NCBI GenBank assembly: GCA_977862235.1 | Contig: OZ374560.1 | Span: 1,054,001 to 1,118,000, forward strand | Direction: 5' to 3' | DNA: 64,000 nt | Source of the DNA: Dudresnaya verticillata | Lineage: Eukaryota | Part shown: positions 23,223 to 36,124 of the stretch, piece by piece | Layout of the letters: each line of letters starts with the position of its first letter | Position numbering within the stretch: position 1 is the stretch's first letter | Made by a program: the position numbers and the translations under genes | Notes under the pieces: generated by a model | The model's input: only the letters and a program-made list of their open reading frames with translations | Told to the model about the DNA's origin: nothing | Databases searched by the model: none

Positions 23223-23489
23223 CGAGTATGGGTACACTGTGTGTATGCTCATGAAGAGTGACAAGGGGAGTAGCGAGCATTTGTCGTGTGACAGACAAAG
23301 ACCGAGCGTCACAAACAAATACATAATGCAAGACATAATAGAACAGCACTTAGGATTATGCATTATGTAGAGAGAAGCGAAGCATTCACAACTATGCAGT
23401 CTGGCTACTGAGCTCAGGGCGCGGCTACATAAGGCCACTTCACAGACGATTGCCGGAGTCTCAGGCATGTCTATTTCTCGTGCTCCCAC
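23223..23489 (+). repeat. Direct repeat A2 (267 bp) of the DIRS-type element
   Basis: Copy of 19177-19443 located 40 bp after the YR stop. Confidence 0.95.
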
Positions 23490-24368
23490 CCACCCTCCCT
23501 AGCGCCCTGGCACTTTCTCCACTCGCTCTTCCTCACATGTCTATTCTCCTCTTTCTTTACTTTTAGTCTTTCTTTTTCTCTTGGCTGGCTTAATTCACTC
23601 TTAAGCAGATATCTTTCAAGTTCAATAAACCAACACCAAGACTTTTCCTGTGTGATAAAACGTTTTTTCTTAAATGCCTTATAACTGCATTTAGACTCTT
23701 GATGTGGAGACTTGAGTCGTTGTCAAATCGAGCCTCTGTGACTTGTGCGTTCTGGGCTACCGGAAACGATATATCTGGTCTCGTATATGTGACCCAGCTT
23801 AATTTTGCACGTAAAGAACGATACCCCTTGAAGCTTACGTGTTGATTAAGCAATTTTAGCATTGACATGTATTTCCGTTTGTGTATGTGAAACTCTCACC
23901 CTATTGTTTCAACGCTAGAAGTCCGTTTCCGGGCCAGATCGATAAAGTCTCATAAATTTTATTCAGGGCCGGGGCATGCAATTACTGCTGCGGTGTGATG
24001 AAAATTCTGTACAGAAATTATATCCGTATTGGGCCAGACCTAGAAAACATGACTTAAGCCCCCGATAGATTTGGCGTCATGGCGCAGGCCGATTAAACCT
24101 CTTTATGCGCCACGTTCGTTGCGCTAGCACAATGAAGGAGCTGATATCGATACTTGACTTTACTGTCTCACGTTAACATGTCTAGGCCTTTACAACATCA
24201 CTTTCTCAGTACTGAGACCACCTCAAGCGTTTCTCGTGGACACCGACTTGACCTTGCTCGGACCAGTAGTATTTTTGTTCTCAACAGTTACTGTGAAGTT
24301 CGAGATGTGCTTACACGACATTCTGGGACATAAGCAGTACTGCTCCCGCACAACGAAGCCGTCGTTCT

Positions 24369-25141
24369 TGTGGCATAGACGTCAGGTCGAACTGACATCT
24401 AGCGTGGCCGGTCTCGTAGTCGCACCCAGACCCATCGAAGGGTGGTAGCGGTGGTGGTAGAGCGGTGGTGTCGGCCGCGCGCGCCGTCGACGGTCGCGGA
24501 TCAACGGCGTCGATGCCTGAGCGCGCACGGGGCGTACTGTACGCAGGCGGCAGCGACCGGATCCCTGCGTCCCCGTCGTGGGGCGGCACGGAGCCGACGG
24601 TAGGGAAAGGAAAAGGAAAGCCTAGACGGCTAGGGAAAGAGGGAAGCCGTAGGGCGAAGGACTGGGAAAGAAACCCAAAGCAGAAAGGGGCAAGCCTGGC
24701 GTAGGCTGGCTTGCCTGGTCTACTGAAGCCCAGAGGAGCGACTACTAGATATACGACAGGGCCTGCGGCGGCACCAACCCGGGAGGTGCGCCGGCGCGCC
24801 CCAATACGCGTCGACGCGTACGGGTAACGGTAACCCGGGGGCGCGTGTGGGCGAAACGGTCCACACGTACTCAACGGCTCGACGCTGGAGTGCGCGCGCG
24901 CGTGTCACGCACTCAACGGCTCTGCGCCGGAGTGCGTGCGCACAGCGCGCAGGACAACAGGGCGTTAGACCGCCGCTTACACTAGACGGTGCTGTACACT
25001 ACAAAACAATAAACGTAGAAATTACATGGGGCGGCGGCGGGCGCGGTGCGCGATAACTCAGGACGCGTGTCGCGCCATTGAGTGTCTGACACGCCGTCGT
25101 CGTCATGAGCCGCGTGCGCGGGAGATCAGGAGTAGCTTACA
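24369..25141 (-). mobile_element. Partial Gypsy LTR, related to but distinct from the other LTRs in the window
   Basis: Starts TGTGG. The reverse complement of 25061-25093 (CGTGTCAGACAC..CGCGACACGCGTCC) matches the LTR at 36734-36766. It shares GGGTGGTAGCG..GTAGAGCGG with the LTR at 30649. Right boundary uncertain. Confidence 0.6.
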
Positions 25142-28080
25142 GGCGTGCATGCATCGTAGACATCGTTTTTCCTGCGTACGCATCACGTAGGGCCTCGTCA
25201 TGTGCATGGGCGCAACCTTCGTGGCTTTGAGGATGGTGAGCTTCGTAATTTCTCGGGACCTCTGTGGGTCGTTGCGTAGTGCCTGTATCTGCTCGAATTA
25301 CCCGTTTTGCGGGCGTAGTCGTCCGCGTCGAGTCGTGTCGAATCGCGGTAACTTTCGATTGACGTTTGCGAGATCGCGTAGTGATGAGAACCGGGTCCCT
25401 TGCGTTTTCGATAGTTTTCGCTACGTCGTTTCGGAAGCGTGCTTCGTTCTTTGCTGCGTTTTGATCCGAGTCAAACGTAGGCACTTCGTCGTCGATCGCG
25501 GGTTGTTCGCGATGCGGAAGTAGCAATCGCGAGAGGGAATCTGGAATCTGGTGGACGCGACCGGGGCGATACACGATTTCGAAGTCGAATTCAGCTAAGC
25601 GCAGCCGCCATCGCGTGAGTCGCCCGGACGAATCGGTGAGAGAAAGAAGCCAGCGGAGCGCGTCGTGGTCCGTAAGTACGGTGAAATGGGTCTCTTGGAT
25701 ATATGGACGTAACGAAGTAACCGCCCATACGACTGCGTAGCATTCTCGCTCGGTCACGGAGTAGTTCTTCTCGGCATCGTTTAACGAATAAGACCAGTAT
25801 CTCACCGGTTGGAACTCTTCTTTATCTTGCTCCTGTAGCAACGCGCACCCGAGTTGATACGCAGACGCGTCCGTATCGATGATGTTGCGTTTCCCGAGTT
25901 GCGGTAACCGGAGTATCGGCGGTGACACGAGCTTCCGTTTGAGCGTTTTGAATGCGGTAACCTGACCCTCCGTGGGATTCTCGTAGTCAGGACCCGCGTC
26001 CTTTCGTGTCATGTTCGTCAACGGTCGCGCAATTTTCGCGACATCTTTCACGAATCTCCGGTATACGTTGCACGCACCGAGGAACGAACGGACTTGCGTG
26101 AGTGTCGTCGGGAACTTCGCGTATCAGAATACCTCGGAGCTCTTCTCGGCCATACTCAGCTTCCCCGGGGAAATTACGTGTCCGAGATAGTCGACTCGCT
26201 TGCGGAATAGGACGCATTTCTTCATCTTGAGCGAAACCCCGGAGTTATGAAGTAGCGTGAGGACTTGATCGAGATGCGCGATGTGTTCACGAAGATTCGC
26301 GGAGCAAACAATCACTTCATCGAGGTAAACGAGACAGCACTGCCAACGGACTCTGATAGAATGATATTGAGTGCACGTTGAAACGTAGCGGGCGCGTTTT
26401 TCAAACCGAACTGCATACGAAGATAACGATAAGTTCCGAGAAAAGAAGTAAACGTAGTCTTGTCGCGGTCTTCCGGGGCAACCGAGATCTGCCAGTACCA
26501 GCTGTTACAATCGAGTGTCGAGAAAATCGAAGCGTCTCCGAGTGAATCGATACAATCTTCTATCCGGGGAAGCGGGTACGCTTCGGATAGTGTCTTCGTA
26601 TTGAGTCTTTGGTAATCTACGCAAAAAAGAAGTTTTCCGTCTTTCTTCGGTGCGAGGACTACGGGGGACGCCCACTCCCAGGTGGCTGGTTCGATTACTC
26701 CGGCTTGGAGCATACTGCCGATTTCGTTACGGACGATCTCGCTTATTGCGAGTTCTTGACGGTAGGGCATCGAACGAACAGGTCGAGTCCCGGGTTGTAG
26801 ATCGATCCGATGCTCCGTGGTTGCGATCATTCCGAGGTCTCCGTTCCACATCGATTCGTGCTTACGTAACATCTCGAGGACCTCGTTTCGTATAGTTTCA
26901 TCGGGTATGTTCGAAAGGTCTACGCGTTCTTCCCAATCGCGGGAACTCGAATTGGCTTCGGGTGCTGCAGTCGCGGTGCCCTTCGTGAGCGGTTTTTCCT
27001 TCGTGGATACGGATTCTTCGGGTGACTTCGAGTCGTCGTGTTCACGTAGCGTAGAGATGTTTAGCACCTTGGCAAACGAATCCGCGACTTCGCGATCGGG
27101 TGTCAAAATCGCGAGCGGGTTTCGAGCGGCGTACCCGATGACTGTTTCCTTCGGTAGAGCTCGGGGCTTATCTGTGAAGTTCGCCATCAACACCGAAAAC
27201 TCGCGATTCGGGCTGACTTCGTGTATCCCGGTCGTTAACCGTACTCCGTGTCGGTATTGTAACGAAGGTTTTGGTTCGATATGAATTAGCCCGAGTGCTG
27301 CCGAGATCACGGTGACTAGCTTCTGCGAAACCCGGTATTGTGACGCGGCGGTTCAAACGAATGGTGCGGGTGTCGCGGTCCCAATCGTGGAGCTCACGTT
27401 GATGTCGCTTCGATAGCGTTTTCTCGAATTTCTGCTTCGAATTTTTCGAATTAATTGCGGGCGGAGTCGATCCAGCAATTCGATTCATAATCGGAATCGT
27501 GTTTCCACTCTTCGTGATGAGCCTCCGTGGGCTGAGCTCGATGCTTCGTAAATGCGCGTCCATCCACGAAGTTCCAAGAAGAACGTCGACTGGGAGTTTC
27601 TCCGCAGCCACGAAGGGTAAGCGGTATCGAACGTTCCCAAGGCGGTGTCAGGTAAACGATACCATCGAGTCGCAGCGGGGTGCGATCAGCGGACGCGAGC
27701 CTCGGAGATGATTCCATCGTGGACGCGTTCGCTTCCCAACCTGTGGGTAACGCAGCCCGGGCTATTAGGTTGTAACCGGAACACGTATCGACTGAAATCG
27801 TATGCGGCGTCATTACGGAGGCATCAAGACCAATGGACCCGGTCACGAGGAAGATCTCCGAAGTCATCAAGCAAACGTATCCCTCGGCGGTAACTTCGGG
27901 TTCGATCTTCGAGATTGGTATCTTCTTCGAATTGTTTTCGCACGAAGCGGCTTTCGCGAGGACTCGACATCGCTTTCGGTCTCGTCGTCGTGCAGTGCGC
28001 TTCCTTCGCATCGCAGCGGCTCTCGGAATCGGAATATGCGGAATGTCTCGGGGAACGGATTCAGACGAAGTACGTGACAC
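25137..28080 (-). pseudogene. pol: Gypsy pol (protease, RT, RNase H), multiply frameshifted
   Basis: VDTCSG (protease), WASPVVLAPKKDG, LDCNSWYWQ, GLKNAPATFQ, DTDAS, ERECYAVVWAV and PDSLSRL. Confidence 0.92.
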
Positions 28081-28099
28081 AACGGGCGTCTTCGCCTTT

Positions 28100-30577
28100 A
28101 CTCGTTTTCCGAACTCGAACTAGAATCCGAATTACGAGCGTCCGCATCAAAAGTGGTGGTTGATCGAGCACCTCTTCCGTTACCCGCTGAGTCTTCGTAA
28201 GCCTCCGAGGGCAGGTTCGGGTGACTCGGCTCAATCGCGTCAACGTTTTCACGGACTTCGAGAACCGGTTGACGGCCCGGGACCTGCGCGTGTCTCGGAT
28301 TGCGGAGGACGGTCGGCGGCCCTCGACGCTCAAAGATGACTTAACGCGGAACTCGGCCCTTTGTGTAGCGCGTATCGCCTTGACGAATGTCTCGGTTTAC
28401 GCGATTGTCACGCGATCCTCGGGCGTCTTGTCCACGGTGACCTCGATTGTCAACGGACGCGAACGAATTCCCTCTTGTGGCACCGCGATTCACGAAGTGA
28501 TTACGCGTATACGGTATCATCTCGAGTTGATAGAGATAGTTCTGATACGCGCAGTAGAGTTGTTGCTCCTTCGTGAGATACGGACACGAGTACATCAGAT
28601 GACCGATTTCGCGACAGAACCAACACGGCCACGCATCTTGGTTCTTCGGAATCATCGAACGCGCCGTCTCGATTTGCTCCAGGGTCATCGGGGGGACACG
28701 CGCGGGTACGAAACGCTCTATGCGACTCGTGAGATCTAACGTATCGTCCACGGAGACCGTTGTCTAAGTAGTCGGTGTAGCGGATGTGGGCCCGGTTCCT
28801 GAACGATTCATCATCACGGCCATTTGCGGATCTTCGTCCATCGAGTACTCGAATTCACTCCCGGGAATGTCGCAAGCTTCGATAAGCATCGTACGCCCGG
28901 GCTCTTGGCCACTCTTCGGGTACGTAGCAGACGCTCGGTTCTTCGAATCACGCGACTGTTGGGCCGCGGTGTCACGTTGTTCGCGAGCTCGGAATGTCGT
29001 ACCTTCGGCTTGCGCGATTCGTTGTACGCTCATGAAGTTCTTTTGCTCGGACAACGGTCAACGGCGAACCTGGTCGGCCACGATAGGATACGTAGTAAGT
29101 AGTAGTCCACGAATAAAGTGGTTTTTAACGAAGAATCACCGTAGACACCGGAGCAGAAATCCGCGTAGCCTTGCAGACGAGTTGCGAATTCCATCTCGGT
29201 TTCTTCGGACTTCTGCTTCGCGGTTATCACGCGATCGTGTTCGTCAGCGATTACGTCTTCCGTGAGAAATCGTTGTAGCAATATGTTCACGATAGCGGAT
29301 CAGCAAACGGGGTTGCCAGTACGAACGCCTCCGAAGGCATAGTGTTGATACACCTTGAGCGCGGTCTCGTCGAGGAACCACGAAATCGTCCGAACTGCTG
29401 CTCCTTCGGTGAGCCCGACTCCCTTCAGCGCTTGTCGAATATCACGAATAAATGCGAGAACCTTAATCAGATCGCGTCCCGTAAACTTCTCGAGTCTCGG
29501 CATCATCGAACGCATGCGCGAACGGTTTTCGATGTGTTACCTCGGAATAATTCGTGTTGGTTATCCCGAGGTGACGAATTCGTGAGTCGATACGATCGAT
29601 GGCCTACGGCCCGCGCGAATTTGGGGATGAGCGTCGGTATCTGTTCGACGCCCGGCTCGAGCGGTCCCCAGTGCCAGAACGATGACACGGGTCCCCCGAG
29701 CGATAACGGATTTTCGATTACGGGTCCTCCGGGGGACATCGGTGGTTGAAGTGAATCTCGGAATACGGCGGGGTTGATACGGGGTTGTTGGACGCATCAG
29801 TTGCCTGATGCGATAAAGGGTGCGGGGACTGATTCGGATACGTGTTTTTCGGTAACGTAATTGGGCACCCGGGCCTTGCACGGGTTGAACTAGCGGCGAA
29901 TTGCGGGGTTCAGGACGGGCATCGGGACGATCTTCGCGACTTTGAGTCTTTTCCTTCGGTAACGCTGCGGACAGGATGTCACGAATAGCGTTCAACTGTT
30001 CCTACGTAAACGCGTGCGAGCTGCGAACGGGAAGCGAGTGACTCGCCTTGCTCACGGGGGCGGTTGCGTTGGGATCGAGCACGAGGAAGCGGTTGCTGAC
30101 TCCCGAGACGAGATCCCGGAGACTCTCGAGTGAGTCTTCGATCCTACGGACCATGCCAGCGCGGAAATTGTCGAACTCTGCGTGAACTCGATTATGCTTA
30201 TTACGAATTGAAAGCTGCGTGATACGGTACGCAGTGGAAAGCACGTCGATGACCTCTTCGTCGAGTAAACGTAGTTCTACACTGGAGGCTTCCTTCATCG
30301 AGAAGAGTCGATCGACGGTATCCGAGGGAACGATTTCCAACGGAGTGTACGTATACGAAAGGTCGGACTGGCTACCGTGAGCCTGCGAACGCGAGTCTGT
30401 GCGAAGATCCGGTACCGTTATACGTGAACCGCGAGTGCGAGAAAACGGTTCTCGGCCACTCCCGTTCGAGTCGAACAACGGGAGCTCCGGAATTGTCGGT
30501 ACCGAAACCCGATGACGTACCGGTACGTCATCGGGTTTCGGTACCGGCGAGTCGGGACGACTCGGAGCGTGAGACAT
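28100..30577 (-). pseudogene. gag: Gypsy gag, fragmented, with Zn knuckle
   Basis: KFTGRDLIKVLAFI, QKSEETEMEFATRL and CWFCREIGHLMYSC (CCHC). Confidence 0.82.
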
Positions 30578-30629
30578 CGTGTCTCGGATAGAAACGAATT
30601 ACGAATAAAAGCGAAACTTCGGAACCACG

Positions 30630-30647
30630 TTCTAGGTCGGGAGACCA
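30630..30647 (-). promoter_or_regulatory. Primer-binding site TGGTCTCCCGACCTAGAA, tRNA-Tyr-like
   Basis: Lies 1 nt inside the LTR end. The complement reads as a tRNA 3' end with G72-A73-CCA. The same sequence is at 37141-37158 apart from the first base. Confidence 0.75.
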
Positions 30648-30648
30648 G

Positions 30649-31381
30649 TGTGGTATAACGAAGTCCACGGTGACGTGGGAAAGTCTCGCACTGTAAGGAA
30701 TGGCCTGGGAGCCTAACGAAGAAAGGAAAAGGGGTGGTAGCGTGGTAGAGCGGAGCGACCAAAACGAAGGACCACGGTGTCAACGTATTCGTGCGCGGAA
30801 GGGAGAACTCGAGCGATCGATCACGGGGGATGACTCCGGGTGCGCGGGGCTATCGAAAGCGAGGCTCGACCGTATCCGCGGTCACGAAGACGAAGACACC
30901 GAACTCGAAGTAACAGGCGTTTACCGAAGACTCCGAGGTCCGGGCGCTAGTCGCTTACCGGAAACCCTCGGAGGTTGTGCCAGACGACTGGCTAAGTGAT
31001 ACTACGTGAGAACGAATACACGTCAACGCGGGAGACGGTTCGTACTCGAATCATTCGTAACGGCCTCCGTGCCAACGAACGGTCGTCTCACGTATGGTGG
31101 CGGTTACGAAGTGCGCCAGCGATGCATACGGAGGGGTACGCGCGTCGTTAACCTCGGTGCCGTTACGCGCGGGAAACAACCGGAAAATCACGAAAGTGTC
31201 AGCGATTTCGTATCGGGTGCGCACTGTAATGCGAATGCCATCGTGGCGCGCGCACAGTATGCGCACTGTAATACGTTTACCATCGTGGCGTGCGCATTCA
31301 CGGAGTCACTTCGAAATTCGTATTTCTCGATTATTTTCACGTAGGCCACGGAGTCATTTTGTGCACAACGTCTATTCCACA
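30649..31381 (-). repeat. 5' LTR (~733 bp) of the degenerate Gypsy
   Basis: TGTGGTATAACG...CGTCTATTCCACA imperfect inverted termini, adjacent to the PBS. Confidence 0.7.
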
Positions 31382-31819
31382 TGTTTGCAAACTGCGATCG
31401 TGCGCCTCGCCGGCGCCACCTCAGTAAACCACCCCGACGTCGGGGTGCTTCCTCCAACTACGGAGCTAGCGGATTAACATCCACATTCGCGAATCTGACG
31501 ATCTGTACGCCCCAAAATGCCCAACGCCGACTTCGCCGCCCCGAACCGCCCTCACCGACGAAGACTTGCGTCGCAGGCTCAGCACCCCGAACCGCGCGCA
31601 CCAACTTCGAACGTTCTACGCCGCGAACCGACCGTCTCGACGTTGCACGCAATGCCTCCCTGCTCCATCCGCAACGAGACCGCGAGAGCTGCTACTGCGC
31701 ACTACCGCGACCGCGCTGCTTCCACTTGAAAACGCGTCCCTACGGGTCTTCGACACAAGAGCTTCATGCTGTTAAACAGTGCTACAAAGTTACTTTATTT
31801 TCAAACCTGTACTCGAGCA

Positions 31820-34665
31820 CTTTGCAACCGTGCACTCAGGTTCTGTTTGATGCATTATTCCCGAGCAGGGTTCCGATATTGTAGTACTTATCTATGGTAA
31901 CTCTCGCAAGCTCTTTTACGAGAGGCTTGTACCTCAATAATATCACACACTACAGTACGACTACTGTTGTGTCCGTGACAGTAGGCGTAGAACCGGTGCA
32001 TTCACGCGGTCCCAGTATATTCTCAATCAACCAGTACAATTGTACTTAGCTTAAGCTACCCGACTTGTGATCCCACAGTGGCAGGGCACGTCCGAATATT
32101 ATGGGTGCCAGCCCCACAACGGCTGCACATTACTGTACGCCTCTAACCCTCTAGAGCCCCTAAACGCCTTCTAAGTCTGCGTCGGCCACGGGGAATGGGT
32201 ACCGCAAGGGGCAGGTGCAATAAATTCTGAAGCCCTTCAAGCTGCGCTGTACACGGCACGTCATACGCGGGAAGCTCTGTGTACTGCCCCTTCCACAATG
32301 GAGAGGAGTCGAACACGTGAACATATTCCTTCATATCGCGCCCTGCTCGTTGGGCCACAACGGCCGCGTGCGAGCATGGGAACGTAGTTTCCTGCCAAAC
32401 CCCACACGTACATCTGCGTTGCGATAAATCTACCACATGGGAGAATAAAGGGTTGGAAAGAGATGCAACGCGTCCTGAAGGCGCAGTAGAGTCCAGAATG
32501 GTCACAGGGAGCTGGTTTCGGTGCGCCGCAGCTTCGACTGTACGCAGCTTCTCAGCGATTGCCGGTGGAACGTCACGGTTGTCCACTTGTCCTGCTTTCG
32601 CCAGCACATCATAGAAACGCTTCTGATCAGCTTCCAGGGCCAGAATAAAGCCCGAAGCCGCATCGCTTTCACTAATGTTCATGTTGGCCATGTTCATGGA
32701 CTCCACTCCCTGTGACGTCGACCGATCAAATAAACCACGTCGCATAAAAGGGTACTGCTCTTCGTCAGCGACTCTTGAAATGTATTCTGTGCCTTCAAAG
32801 CGTTAATCCTCGTGGCTGTCCAGGTATTAATGGCAGCGGTAAATCGCTTCCCATCCTGTACGTTGCAGCACTTGTAGACATTCGCTTGTCGATGGCGCGC
32901 ACAGAAAAACGGCTTCGCTGGCTCAAACGTCTGTCTAAAGGCATTCCTAGACCCTTTCTCTTTATCCGTTATAATCCTAGTTTCACCCAGGTCCATGCTG
33001 GGATATAATTCCTTGACAAACGCAAAAAATCGTAGCCACGTCGCTTCATTCCCGTTGTCTGCCACGATCATTATACACATAAGGACCTGCCTGGGGTTAG
33101 AGTCACTTTCTTACATTGTAAAACGCGTCCCTCTCGTTACACCCTTGAAATGCGCTGCATCACTTGAAAATACAGGCACCAAACGCGCTTGCATGGCCAT
33201 AGATACGTTAGGGCACGCCAGGGCAGCATAGAAATAACTTCCGTTATCCTGTATGTTTTCATCGAGCATTCTTGAGACACTCGCGCGATCGAATGGGTTG
33301 TTAGACGCTGTAGAGCTACGCTCACGCATGTTACGGTTGTGTACAGCTTCAACAATGTGCATCGCGGCTGCTTTTGCTTCCTGCGGAGAAATACTGACAA
33401 TTTTTGCACGGTGCCCGAGCTGCTCCAAAGCGTCCATGTAATGCGGTAGAATAGACATCATTTCAGCCGGGTCCCCAGCGAATAAACGTGTGGCTGCCTT
33501 TCGGACTCTCATAACAAACGACTCTGATGGCTCACTCCCCATGTAAGGCCGTATGGCAAGCCGAATCTCCTTCGCATTAACCGGCAGTCCATTATTCATT
33601 CGGTCCACAATTATCCCGGGCAGCATTATTGGACTGTATGGAGTAGAACCTAGGCGAGGGCGAATGACTGAAACCTCACAAGCATGCCTTATAAACGTCT
33701 TACACTTCCAAATTCCATCAAAGCTCCTTGTTGCTTGGAAGCGGAAAGGGCACGTAGCATTAGAAACCTCACACGAATGCATGTAGCTGTCTGTTTACCT
33801 CTGAACCCTGGCCCACGGCTCCCCGGGACTCCTCTAGTGTCCGCAGAGATTGCCGCATTCTCTTGCACGAGGGGACCCGTGGTTTCCTCTGGAGAAACAG
33901 GCGCCGTTCCAGTGCCTTGAATATCCTTGAATGTATGCCGACGGTTCACTAGCTCCGCATACTGGGCAAGTGAAAGAATTACATGATCACGAGACTCAAA
34001 GCACGTGTCACCGTCAAACGTAAAGCCCTATTGGTCAGACAGAACCTTCATGGCGCCCGCTTTCCACGTTCCTTGTCGGCTGAGATCCGCCTTGGCCTCC
34101 TCGTAACGTCGCTTCCTTGCGAGACGGTAACGGCCCTGACGAGATGTTAAAATGTCATCATCGACCGCCTCGGGTGTTCCAGCCCCATGTTGCACCGTAT
34201 CCACCGCCTCTCTCGTGTGATTTTCCTGATTATCTACCGTAGTAGCATTCCGAATGGCCGTGTGAGCACCTCGGCGATGCGCGGCAGCTCGATGCCGTCT
34301 AGCCCTCTCTACCTCCTCAAGCTGACAGGGGGAGAGGAAAGGGGCTCTACCGTCTCTGCGACTAGATGGCATGGGACGGGGGTGGTAATTCGTGCGAATT
34401 GGTGCTCGTGAGGTCATGCGGTCGCCGCTGGAGGGGAGGGTCTTGTGGCTATTTCTAAACGCCTGGACATAGCCGCGCGCGCTTTGCATTTCTGGCTCTG
34501 GTTGACTCGCGCGTATTTTTGGCGGGAATTGGGGTTTGCAAATCCAGAGGGGTACGCCCTTACTATTGAAGCGGACAACAATGTATATCACGGGTTTTCG
34601 TGGAACATAATGCACAAATTAGAGACAGAATGGGTAGCCTAGTGAACAAGAGTGGCAGTTGCAAA
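31820..34665 (-). mobile_element. Second Mutator-like element, degenerate
   Basis: Encloses the transposase fragments. Imperfect inverted ends: TTTGCAACCGTGCACTCAGGTTC (~31820) versus GAACAAGAGTGGCAGTTGCAAA (~34644-34665). Confidence 0.6.
32050..34100 (-). pseudogene. MULE transposase (Zn finger, DDE, SWIM, Zn knuckle), disrupted
   Basis: CPFRFQA..WKCK..H.C, FSSDAAHFKG, IITDKEKG, FCARH, STSQGVESMN, CTCGVWQETTFPCSH and CSRCGAGTHNIRTC. Confidence 0.88.
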
Positions 34666-35901
34666 ATTATATCAGACAACCTTGGATGTTCTGTCTGACA
34701 TCATTGACATTTTGAAATATTGTCCGACAATTATGACAGATTCCATAATATTTGGTATCGTTTTGCATTTTTCTCTATATTATAATGCAACACTTTTTGC
34801 AGAAGTAGCGAAACGAGATGAGTGAGAAGGATAAGCTCTCAGCAGTAGGAGGGGTGCCATAGTGTCCTTGCGAACTGCCAAAAATGGCAATGCGCTGAAG
34901 GCCGCAGTCAAACTCAGGAGCAATCGCTTCATATATATAAATCGCCGTAGCGTCGAACTCAAAGGCGTTCTGTTCACATTAACGACGATAGTGGCGCACC
35001 TTAACTTAAAAAGATCCAGGCCTGGCAGTAAAGCTATGGTCCTCGACGAAGGGATCCATTCGTAACTGGTCAGGGTGATCGTCCGACAGGCACTCGGCGT
35101 TGACTCTGCAGCTGGCCAAGATCACATCGCAGTTGTGGAGCCTTAACCAAACCCGAGGGGGCAGGAAAAGACGAAGGAAATTATTCTGGTATGAAATGTC
35201 GTTCAACCTCAATCCTAATTCCATGATTGTTTGCTGTGGAAAATAAATGTGTAGTCAGGATCTTGAAGGACACAGCCAACTGCCCTTGCGGTAGCTCTTG
35301 TTCCTAAGCCCCAACACCCTTAAGGGGCTTCTTCTCTCTTGTTCTTCAATTTATTCTTCTCTCTCTCCTCCCCAACGTTACAAGGTCATCGTGATGAAAG
35401 GAAAGCTGGCGTTCGGAGGGAGATCCAGCGATACTGTTCAGGAAGGCACATGCTCACCGTAATCTTGGGGGTATGAATGGCTCTCCCAAAACGAACGACA
35501 TTTACGGGAAAGAGAAGAAGAGAGGGTGTAATTTATGAAGATCAGATGGGTCCTGACGTCAGTACTCAGCGAAAGCTGTTTTCTTGAAGAGGACTGCTCA
35601 GAATGTGATATTAAACGTTTAATCACTTGATTTGGAGTGAGTCTTAAAAATTGAGTACGAAGGACTTGTAACGGGGATCGAACCAGAGACCTTTTGCAGG
35701 AAAGGAAGTCCGACTTGAGGTACCATAGCAATTGCCGTTTCCATTGACAATGACTCCGCCAATCCACGATTAATATGACCATTGCCAATTTTGACGTTAG
35801 CTCTGACCTCTGGCTGCTACCAGGGTCCTGGCATGGTGCAACGACCATATGCCTGCCTGTTTTCGACTAACTTGCTCCCCTTCTGCTAACGAGCCAAATC
35901 G

Positions 35902-35953
35902 CGTACATACTTCACCAGTACTGGTGACGTATATACCTCACCAGTACTGGTGA
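35902..35953. repeat. Two tandem 26-bp units, each containing the perfect palindrome TCACCAGTACTGGTGA
   Basis: Palindromes at 35912-35927 and 35938-35953. Confidence 0.9.
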
Positions 35954-36069
35954 ATTATATACACTATGGACAAAAGAGAGCACGTCGAGCACGTCGGATT
36001 ACGACTGGTAATGGATTGAGCAGGTTGCAGGCGCTGATATCACCGCGATATTTTGCCCATCGATATACA

Positions 36070-36124
36070 TTGCTCATATAAAAACGGATTGGTTTTATAC
36101 AACCAATCCGTTTTATATGAGCAA
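36070..36124. repeat. 24-bp-stem inverted repeat (hairpin)
   Basis: TTGCTCATATAAAAACGGATTGGTT-ttatac-AACCAATCCGTTTTATATGAGCAA, with one extra A in the left arm. Confidence 0.9.

Larger units (their letters stand above)
19177..23646 (+). mobile_element. DIRS-order (PAT/Ngaro-like) tyrosine-recombinase retrotransposon
   Basis: Gag-like, RT/RNase H/MT and YR ORFs with a 267-bp direct repeat and no TSD. Removing it restores Copia ...HLRKNVLSHR|YPKLD. Confidence 0.9.
18023..23870 (-). pseudogene. pol: Ty1/Copia RT C-terminus and RNase H, split into three pieces by two insertions
   Basis: Pieces: 23647-23870 (YRSLRAKLSWVTYTRPDI..HLRK), 18919-19176 (YPKLD..VYSDAS..WSSHKSKRVPRSVLGSETMAL) and 18023-18285 (MLTDRLSLFD..NPADGMTK). 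The frame rejoins when both inserts are removed. Confidence 0.9.
25137..31381 (-). mobile_element. Degenerate Ty3/Gypsy element: 5' LTR, PBS, gag, protease, RT and RNase H; integrase deleted
   Basis: LTR 30649-31381, PBS 30630-30647, gag fragments ~28100-30577, pol fragments 25137-28080. Confidence 0.88.

Noticed and set aside
31382..31778. Possible small LTR (TGTTT...AAACA)
   Set aside because: No TSD, no second copy, and no PBS or PPT.
34780..35850. Protein-like minus-strand fragments
   Set aside because: Possibly a decayed gene, but there are many stops and no family I can name.
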